This document shows positions 46,024 through 56,385 of a stretch of DNA of 64,000 bases, in pieces. How positions within the stretch are numbered: position 1 is the first letter of the stretch; each line of letters starts with the position of its first letter. The translations under genes and the position numbers were made by a program. The notes beneath the pieces were generated by a model. The model saw only the letters and a program-made list of their open reading frames with translations, was not told where the DNA came from and made no database searches. The DNA lies in NCBI GenBank assembly GCA_023213395.1, contig CM041465.1, forward strand, positions 51,529,741-51,593,740, in the 5' to 3' direction. The stretch comes from Cycas panzhihuaensis. Lineage: Eukaryota > Plantae > Cycadophyta.

Positions 46024-46106
46024 TCGTAGTCTTAAAACACATTTTGTGCATAAAGATTGGGAGCACAGTTGTGATTAACAAATCTCTCCATAGCAATAGT
46101 GAACCC
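46018..46106 (-). pseudogene. SET-domain fragment of a SUVH5/6-type H3K9 methyltransferase (cargo of G)
   Basis: Reads GFTIAMERFVNHNCAPNLYAQNVF*DYDEKR, matching SUVH5/6 GFTIDA...GRFINHSCSPNLYAQNVLYDH.DKR with a short deletion. It is in a frame not shown in the ORF track. Confidence 0.85.
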
Positions 46107-46139
46107 TCGAATGCTCGAATCAACATCAACGAATCCCCA

Positions 46140-46720
46140 GCACCAAAATGAGAACCGAAGTTGCTCAAACGGAAAGTAAAGACCACACTACTTATCGGGC
46201 GAGGATGGGTTTGTAGTTCAACGTAGCTGCAAATATGGGGCCACGCAGGGCTTGCAGCCATCGAATGGCGATGCAGAGTGCTTATAGAAGGGCCATAGAT
46301 GCCAAGAAATCACGCAGTGACTTAAATGGCAGTCCCAGATCGCGCTACGGCCATGCAGGGCCACAGGAGGACTTAATGAAGGGCCAGGTAAAGTTTAAAA
46401 ACAGGCGGCAGCCAAAATATCCAGAGTGGCCCCAGCTATGCTAACCGTGTCGATGTCTACGTTGACCACGCACAACAATCTATACTCAACGGCATTCAAA
46501 GGGTAACCGAGGAAGGCACCGTTGGGTTGCATGTAGGAATCTACGGCAAGCTTTTTCAACAGATGCCCTAAAGAAGTAGTAATTTCATGTTTTTCACCCT
46601 TTTAAATGGTAATCTACAAAGGTTAAATATCTGTCGCAATTATTAACGGATTTTATATTTTTATTTTGGCCACTACCATTACGAGGTTCAAGGCAAGCCA
46701 CGATAAAACAAAAACGTAAA
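46140..46720 (-). promoter_or_regulatory. CpG-rich promoter/5'UTR-like segment upstream of the cargo chain
   Basis: Many retained CG dinucleotides compared with the CG-depleted flanks. TATA-like CTATAAG on the minus strand at 46281-46287. Five GGGCC/GGCCC motifs at ~46238-46432. Confidence 0.5.
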
Positions 46721-46745
46721 TAAAGATAAAAGAGTAAATAAAGAT

Positions 46746-49700
46746 TGTTAGAATATTAATGTACATTTGATTTATCTTACATGTAAGTGGGTCTTACTCT
46801 TCCAATATGACTTGTATTATAAATATACAACATAGTGTATCATATCGTAATGATATTGTAATGATATTCTGTTAATATAATGGAGGTATCTTAAAGGTAC
46901 CGTTTGGTCTTGTGAAGGTGTATTTCGTTATGTTTGAGAGTATTATTTGTGCAGGTTGATTTCCAATATGGTATTAGAGCCAGTGCAGCAAATATTAAAA
47001 AATTTCTAACAGTGATAACAATTACGTTTCTTATTCACAAGATCGGTATATTTTTTGTTAAGAGAACCGATGGATTGACGGCTTTGTGTATGGCTGATGA
47101 CAGGATCCCTTTTACATTTTAGAGGATATCCATGGAAGGTTTGTGAAGACATATGGTCAAGTTGTCCATACAGCGCTTGCATATGCTATGAATGATGAAT
47201 TTTCAAGAGTGTTAAATCAACAAATGGAATATTATTCTAACATTCTAATCTATCACCTCTCTCTAGTATCTTATCAATGTTCTCCACTATAACATTATGA
47301 ACCTGGATCATTTCTCCCGTATACGATTGATTTTGTCTGCATTTTATAAGCTGCAGTTGTTCTTTGTTGGAAGGATGTTGGTGATATGATGGGTGACTTT
47401 GATGATGTGGCAAAGTGGTGATGTATGCATGGGTTAGGTGTATTTGAGAGGCATGTTGGTGATATGGATAACTCTCTAGCATGAATCTTTATAAGAGAAT
47501 TTTATGATGATGTAAATGGGTGATTTTGAGGGCTTGCATTGTTCTCTTGCAAGTGATTGTGTGATAGGCAAGGTTGCCAATGTTTGATGCTCTTTAGCAT
47601 GAAAGAGTAATTTGGGTGATTTGAGGCTATCATACATGGGCTGCACATGAGAGAGTGAGTTGGGTGACTTAGTACTCTTTGGAATGTGATCTTTATGGGC
47701 ATGATAACTTGACATACTTTGATGGTGTATTCTTTTCGACGGACAAAATTGAGGACATGTTGTGATCAAGATAATGATTGATTTGTAAGCGAGATATTGT
47801 TACGAGGAAGCAATCTTTGGCATTGAGTTGATGGTGGAGGCCTTACAGTTATGGCTTTATGGCAATATGAGTGAGTGATTTTTTGAAATAAGGTCTTGGT
47901 TTGTTGTGTTGACGAAGTTTGAGGTTTTTCATTTGTATGCGATTATATAAGAATACTTTGATGATATGAGGTATTGATGAGGTGACTGTTGAGGCTTTCT
48001 TGTATGTATTTCACATGGGAGAGTACCTTCGTAATGTGAGACAACATCAACTCATATTTCGCACTCTATTGACTTGAGACTTGTTGTGGATATATGATGA
48101 GGTGAGTATGGTCCTTATAAGAGGCGTGCATAAGATGACTTAATAGTGAGAAGAGACATCTATTGTTTCTGGTATATGTGTTTGCATGAGAGGGTTGATG
48201 ACTTGGCAATTATGAACCTCGTAACATGTGAGGTTATATGACAAAGTTGGACACTTGGTTGGGTGAGTTAAGGAAGAAATTAGGCATGTTTCATGATTTG
48301 AACAAGCAAAGAAGGATGGTTTTTTGTTGAAGTTACATAAGTTGCAAAGTGCAATGGCATGAGTTGTGTGTTTTGGGCAATCAAGTGAAGTGTGTGTCTT
48401 GGTAGCAACATATGACATATATGATCATCGTGAGATTTATGAGGCATCGATTTGGTGAAGTGAGTGTTTGGATTCTATGTGACTGGTTGGCGATATGTGA
48501 AATGGATAAGGCAATGATGTGATGATAAAGTCAATGATGTGAGATATGAAACATGAGGAAATTTGTTGAGAGTGATTAATATACAAGTTACCGATGATAA
48601 GTGAGTTTATTGATTGAAAAAGGGACGTGGCATATGGACATGGCATTTACAATCATGTAGGATAATGATGTGGTTATATATGCTCCTAAGACAAATGAAT
48701 ATTACTTCAGGGATTCACTTCTTCCAGTACCTAAATGCAATGGTGAAGACTACTTCTTTTGGACAATTAAAATGAAATGTCTATTCATAGCTAGAGGTTT
48801 GTGGAAGATTGTTACTGATGAATATGATATCCCTAATGATGATGAAGAAAAAGAAATGCTTGAGAAGAAAGATAGAATGACATTCATTATGATTCGTGCT
48901 GCATTCAATAAGATTGATCTTACCTCCAAATTTCATTTTTTTATTCCTATGATTCTACATGCAAGTAATGCTAAAGAAGTTTGGGATTTTCTAAGGGAAG
49001 TATTTGAAGAAACTCTTGAAGAAACACAACGAATGATTGAAAAGGCAATTAAGGCCAGTTATGGTACAGGTACAACGAATGAAGAAAGTATCATCAACAC
49101 TGAAGAAACAACATGTGAAGATAAAGAATGTCTGAGCACTGATGAAACTTCTACTGTTGAATGCATTGATGAGGTTACAGATGAAGACATTTAAAGTGAT
49201 GAATTGATTTCAAGAGGAATTGAAGCTAATGATCCCATAAAAGATGAGTCTTATATTGATGATGTTCCTTCTTTAAGCATTGAGTCAAGTTCAAAAAGTA
49301 TGCTAATTGATCAAGATTTTGCTCCAAAGATTAAAGAAGTCACTGTTGTACATGATGATCAAGAGTTTATACAGAATAATAATGACAAGCAAGTTGTGAT
49401 TGAAGATGGTTACTTACAGGATCTTCATCAGACTAGACCAGCCGCAATAAAGAAACATGATTTATACTTACTAGAGCAACTACATCAACATCGACATTAA
49501 GCTGAAGATATCATTCTACAAGGGCAACAGTACATAATTGAAGACACAAATCAAGATGAAGATATCATTCTGCAGCAAAGACATCACTACAAGATTGAAG
49601 ACAATGAGCAGGTTGAAGACATCATTCTCAAGACATTTCCAAGGACAAAGCGTTGCAAATACAAATGACCCAAATGTACATTAAGGGGGAGTGTTAGAAT

Positions 49701-49911
49701 ATTAATGTACATTTGATTTATCCCACATGCAAATGGGTCCTACTCTTCCAATATGACTTGTATTATAAATACACAACATAGTGTATCATATTGTAATGAT
49801 GTTGTAATGATATTATGTTAATACAATGGAGGTACCTTAAGGGCACTGCTCTTCGGTGGAGGTGTGTTTGCTCGCTTTGAGAGTATTATTTGTGCAGGTT
49901 GATTTCCAACA
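46746..49911 (+). mobile_element. gag-only (TR-GAG-like) non-autonomous LTR element H nested in G
   Basis: LTRs 46746-46968 and 49692-49911. TSD AAGAT/AAGAC. PBS TGGTATTAGAGC at 46969-46980 and PPT aagggggag at 49683-49691. No pol. Confidence 0.92.
48670..49680 (+). pseudogene. copia-type gag N-terminus plus acidic repetitive tail, broken by two TAA stops
   Basis: Reads VPKCNGEDYFFWTIKMKCLFIARGLWKIV...ASNAKEVWDFLRE. ORFs 48670-49194 and 49204-49500 are in the same frame. Three EDIILQ repeats follow at 49504-49632. The end is approximate. Confidence 0.8.
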
Positions 49912-50076
49912 AAGACACGCATACTAATAACTTAGTTCCACTTTGATATTTAAAATTTTAGTGAAATAATATTTACATAGTTAGATTTGAGAGGTGTCAT
50001 CTCAAAGATGGAAGATGGTTGCTTTTCAAAACTTACTAAATCTAGTTTTAATATCAAGTTGTTAACAGTGTATACA

Positions 50077-50114
<38 letters not shown>

Positions 50115-52202
50115 AAATGAATGAGATTTAAATTTATATTTTTTATTGATATATTTGAAAATAAGTGTATATATATAGTTTTTATATTAATTTATTATAA
50201 AGATAAGAATATAAAAGGTTGATCATGCAAAGTGATACATAGTATTTTGTATGATTATCTCATAAGGATGTTATAAAAAGTGGGTGAATAAATGATCTCA
50301 TACATATAAAAGTTGTAAACTTTAAGTTGTGACTAACCTTTAAATAATGATAATAGGATTTTCAACTTAAAATATTAAATATTTAACCTAAAATTAAACA
50401 TTATCTTCTAACAATTTTTTTTTTGTGGTAATTACTTCTATTTGATGAAGTATTTCATCTATCGAGAATATAAGTGTTGTATCTTTACCTCAAGGATTTA
50501 TTCTAGTATCAATTAAAGTTTTCTTTTATCATACAAGAGTGGGAGTTTAGTTTATATTATACTTATGCTTATTCGTCAATGATGCTTTTCAAATATGATA
50601 CATGAAATATACTATGGATTTCAAATGTTGCTAATAATTCCAAGGCATAGACCACCTCACTAATATACTTGAGGACCATATATAGCCCATAGAATATTGG
50701 CTTAAGCTTGTGTTTAGTATCTCTTTTAAGTGATGTTTGCTTGTAAAGTTATAGGCGAAGGTAGATCCCATCACCTAGTTTGAACTCTTGCTCACTTCAT
50801 TTTTTATCTACTTATTACTATATCCTATTTTGAGCCAAGTTGAGGTTATCTTTTAGTATCTAGAGTACTTCGGCTTGTTATTATAGATGCTTCTCCACTA
50901 CTTACACCTTTGAAGTCTCCATGACATAATTCTCGATGGTTGGTGGTAGGTACCCATATAATACCTAGAATGAAGTCATTTTTGTAGGACATATGATAAG
51001 TTGTATTATACCACCATTCTACTAGAGGAAGCCATTAATACTAATGATTCTATTTATTTAAGACATAACAATGAAGATATCCCTCCAAACACTTATTGAC
51101 TACCTCTGTTTATTCACCTATTTGTATGTGGTAGGATGAGCTTATGGTTAGCTTGGTATTAATCATTTTAAAGAGTTTTGTCTAAAAGTGGCTAATGAAT
51201 TTAGGATCCCTATCACTAACCATTTTTTTTGGCATTCTATAGAGTGTGTATTTCTTTTAGGAATATTTCAGCAATCTATTTCATCTTATAAGTAGATTGA
51301 ATGCCACAAAAACGAGTATATTTTGTCAACCTATCCACCACAACAAGGATCACATCTTTTTTTATTTGATTTGGGTAACCCTGTGATAAAATCTATGGAT
51401 ATCTCTTCTCATCTTTGATTAGGCACAGGTAGAGGCTGTAGCAGTCTAGGGATCTTGGTGGTTTTAGTTTTATGCCTTTGGCATATTTTACAATATGTGA
51501 CCCAACTTTTTGTATTTTATTTAAGCCTATTCTAATAGAAGTATTGTTTAATCCTTTAACATAAATTTTGGAATCTAGAGTGATTAGTTACAAGCAAGTT
51601 ATGAGCAACATAGAGAATCCTTTCCTCGAGCTTAGATTGTGAGCTTAAATATAATTTATTTCTATACCGTAAGGCATTTATTGACTATGAAAACCTTTTA
51701 TGACTATCTTAGTTTTCTTGGAGATCCTCAATCATTTGTAGAGTCCTTGTGTCTTGCTCCCATTCTTCATAAGCTTCTTGAATCTAGGAAGTATTAATAG
51801 ATGTGATAGTGTATAAATTGAGTTTCTCTTATTTTTGGAAAAAGCATCAATTGTGATAGTTCCTTGCCCTTTTTGTAAATGATTTTGAAGTTGAACCCTT
51901 GCATTTTAGATACATACTTTTACTACTTCTTAGAGGCCACCGTTTAGTCTAAAAAGTATTTTAGACTATCATGGTCAATTTTTATCTTGAGGTACACTTC
52001 AAGAAGGTATTGGTGCCATTTCCTGATCACATGTAAGATTGCCATAATTTTCTTTTCATAGGTGGACTTACCCAAGCCCCTCAATTATAGATTTCAACTC
52101 TCAAAAGTTAGGGGTTATTCTTCTTTCATAAGTACCACCCCCAACCCATGTCCTGAGGCATTACATTCAATAGTAAATAATTTTATGAAGTCGGGTGTTA
52201 CT

Positions 52203-55200
52203 TGTTAAAATATGTGATTTATCATATAAGTAATATTTAATGTATATGATATACATATATATAATCCCACCAATCACACACTTTAAGATATGTGAGATGC
52301 ATATATATCTATGTCAAGACACTATTGGATGATGTAATGACTTAAGAGTTATCATAGGCTACTCATGAGGTGAACATTATTATAAATATGTATACACATT
52401 ACTTGGGAACTTGAAAAATGTTGAAGACCTAGACATGTAATTATTATGATCATAAGAGGAGTTCAAACTCCACCTTTTCCTATGATATTTTCTATATTAA
52501 ATTTTCTATATACAAATCTTGTTGTCTCTCTTATGATGAATGCTTTGCATGTTTAATACTTTACTTCATCTATTTGTTGCTTTACTTGTGCACATATCTC
52601 ATGAGTTAATTTTGATATTATAATTACATCATATATTTCATTATCACTCTAAAGTCTAATATGATATCACAGTGCAATTATAAATTCTAATATGATATCA
52701 AAACCATGGTTAAAAGATCTTGTGCAACAAGAAGAAGCTTATCGAGCCAATGTGATGATATAGTATAAGCTTGTAATAAAGCTAGGACAAAGCTAGTGCA
52801 TGAGCCAAATACTAGGTGTATTTGATGGGCTAGGAGTTTGAATATGTCAATATTATACCAGTGATATATGATAGAATATAGGATAGATGAAACTAGATAA
52901 AACTGCATATAGGAGATGAAGCAGATATTGATAGTATGTTGATTTTATTGTGAACATTAATTTTTGCATGTTAGATCCATACATTCTAGAAGTATGTAAG
53001 TATTGAAAATAGTTCATCAAATATGATTTATCAGTTCATTAATAAAGGCTTTTATAAGTGTCTTATTCAGGATTCGTTGTCACTAATGAATTATTATAGA
53101 GACATTTATGAGCATCTCAGTTAGATATTCACTACCAGAATAAAGTGGGTAACCCATCGATGACACAGAAAATAGGCACTAGGCCCGTATAGTATGTTGA
53201 GTAGTAAATAAAGATAGAAGATAGGTGTAGATATGATGTTGACAGGTCTGAAACATGTGTCTTAACAACAAAATAAAATGTATATGGCAACTAAAATTTA
53301 TAAATCAGGGCATGACAATATCATGTGACACATATGTAAAATTCTCATAGTGGCATTTTTTGAAGAGCATGATATTAATAATATTTATGATGGCATATTA
53401 CAAGTTATTATACTTTAATGAATATGGATAAAATTATATATATTAAAGTTTGATGGTGGCATGAAAAATTAGTTATGGAAAGGGTTCATTATGATATGAA
53501 TTATGGTGGTATAAGCAATTATTTTTAAAATATTTATGAACAATTCAAACATGAGGGTTTAATATATTATTAAGACTTTGTCATAACAAAGTGATAAGAT
53601 AAGACCTGCTATAATAAATGGAGGTGAAGCCTAAGCAAAGGGTATAGACAACATATGGAATATATCATGACTCCAATAGATTAAAAATGGATGAATACCA
53701 CTTTGTAAATCCCTACTTGTTGCTCTAAGTGAATCTCAGTCATTACCGCTCGTAGTCTTTAGATCTATCTCGCCATCACTAGTTAAAACATGACAACGAA
53801 ATAAAGGAGATGTTAAATGTCCATGCCAAAACCCTTAAAGCAGGAATCGATAGAGAGCTATAAAATGGAGAAGACGTAACCATGATGAAATGGATCAAAG
53901 CTCTAAAAGCCCTGGTAAATCCATGGAGAATTGGAAAGATTATGAAGACGCAAATGCCATAGCCCTAATAACTACGTAAACCACCACAAAGAATTGATGA
54001 AAATCCTGTTATCAAATAGCCAAATGAAGTAATACAAATCAGCCAACACCCCTACATGAGAACTACTGTATACAATAACATAGGCACTTGCATGTAGAAA
54101 TAATAATGAAGATATCTAATGGAGGATTGATCATATGTAGATGTATATGGTTTGAAGAAATACTGTATGATGATGAACGTCAATGGACTGCCCAAAAGAT
54201 AAATTACTTAATGAATATAGGCCTTTAACATACCATTTAAACCATTACCTCATTAAATCTATCTGCTCGCCATGGAAGAAATAGCCTTCTATACACACAA
54301 CCTATCATAATGATTGATCAATGGTATAAAGAAGAATATGTAGGATAGAGAAGTATATTTGTAGATGAATTTATTTTTAATGAAAGATTTTTTTACAAAA
54401 TAAAAAAATTCACATATGAAATGAAAAATTTAATTATTTTTTATGTTTTTTTAATTCCATGGTTGAGACTCCTACACTCTAATTAGAGGTCACATGGACA
54501 ACCCATGTGACCAAGGGCTAAATTATGTAGGGGAAGACTCTAAAATAGAGTTAATCAAAATTGCATTAAATTTTTTTTTTTATAAAATTTATATATGAAA
54601 TTTAAATGATTTTTAAAATCTGTTTTCAAGTTTCTTAAGGATCATATAGATTTTCATGGTATATTAGAACCTTTTTTTATCATAACTTATCATTTATATA
54701 TTAAAATAAGGTGTGGTCAGTTGCATTAGAAAGATAACTTTGAGATAATCAAAATAAGTTGTCACATGACATACTTCAGATAGCAGAAGATGGAGAAAAT
54801 AATAGGTAAATTTGATAAAATACTTTAAGCATCATAAAAGTTATATTTTAGAACCAATTTTAGTACATTCTAATATTTTCAAAGGCTTTATATATAATGG
54901 TCATATTATTTTTGAAAGATGGTGGGAGAAAAATAAAGTTTTATTTAAAAGTGATCAATTTAAGGCTCATTATTGACATTTAAAAGCTCTTGCCAAGTTG
55001 AAAAATTCATGAAGTAGGAAACATTTAAAGAATTTATAATATAAAAAATTCTTGAAATGTTGGACATAAAAAATTCCCCTTAAAAAAACACATTTGGTTT
55101 AGTGGATGGCTAGCACTAAGCAAATGAATAGATCACCTGGTTGATTGGATAATTTTTTATTGAATGATGAATGAAATAATGAATTCTACCTATTAATAAG

Positions 55201-56385
55201 ACAAAGAAAGGTCTTAAGTGATTGATTAATTAGCATTCCAAGTATTAATTATAGATGAGATCTAACTAATATTTAACTATTAAAATGGTCTAACTAAAAG
55301 AAAGAAAGAAGCTACTTTTACTCAACACACTCAATTGTATTATTCTAACTCGTACGTAACAGGTGAAATTATGCTACTCTTGTATAAATAATTTGAAAGA
55401 ATGATGAACCATATATCTAAAATAATTATCTAGAGAATTAATAACTATAGAGGCTAGTTGCCAATGTATTTTAGTAGATGGTTATTATTTTATATGGACT
55501 CAAAAATCACTTTATTTATTTATTGATTTGATGAATAGTCAATAGAATGTTGATTGAAAGTAGCTATATAGGTGAAGATATAAAGATGTATAGGAAAACA
55601 CTTCATATATATTGATATTAATATTGGTGAAGATGTTGATTGTAATTATAGGTTGGTTATTTATAGATGGTCACTAGTGGTACATATATGACTATATACA
55701 GGTTAATGGTTATATAGGTACATAGGTTAATACTTACAGGAGATAAGCATTTAGATGATGTACACATATAGATTATCAGTGATATAATATACAACATACA
55801 TAATATAGGTTATAATATCCAGCATATAGGTTGAAGGCTAATAGATGAATATTTGAAGATTGAAGACCAAGATTCAAAGATGTTAAACATTAAGAGGGAA
55901 TGTTGAAATATGTGATTTATGATATATGTAATGTTTAATATATATGATGTACACATATGCAATCCCATTAATCACACATATCGAGATATGTGAGATGTAT
56001 ATATATCCATATAAAGATACTCTTGGATGATGTAAAAGCTTAAGAAATATCATACATTACTCACGAGGTGAATATTATTATAAATATCTATACACACTAC
56101 TTGAGAACTTGAGAAATGTTGAAAACTTAGAGATGTAATTATTATGATCATAAAAGGCATCCAAACTCCACCTTCTTCTGTGGTTTTTTCTACACTTAGT
56201 TTTCTACATATAAATCTTGCTGTCTCTCTTGCGGTGAATGCTTTACATGTTTGACACTTTATCTATTTGTTATTTTACTTGTGTACATATATCATGAGTT
56301 AACTCTATTATTATAATTACATCATATATTTTATTGTTACTCTATATTCTAATATGGTATTAGAGTGCAATTATAAATTTTAATA
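52203..56385 (+). mobile_element. Non-coding LTR element I (LARD-like) inserted at the RT/RNaseH junction of J
   Basis: LTRs 52203-52692 and 55901-56385. TSD TTACT/TTATT. Degenerate PBS TGATATCAAAAC at 52693-52704 and PPT aagagggaa at 55892-55900. No recognisable gag/pol. Confidence 0.9.

Larger units (their letters stand above)
43477..50413 (-). mobile_element. Non-autonomous LTR element G carrying multi-gene host cargo
   Basis: Homologous LTRs at 50060-50413 (5') and 43477-43811 (3'). Deaminated PBS TGATATTAAAAC at 50045-50056 and PPT gggggg at 43812-43817. The host chromodomain continues on both sides. No own gag/pol. TSD not recognisable. Confidence 0.85.

Noticed and set aside
45998-46444. 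ORFs 45998-46261 (-) and 46235-46444 (+) as genes
   Set aside because: No motifs; the recognisable SET similarity is in a different frame.
43472-50418. TSD for element G
   Set aside because: Flanks GAATA and ATTTT do not match (the right flank runs into poly-T), so the boundaries rest on the LTRs, PBS, PPT and the split chromodomain.
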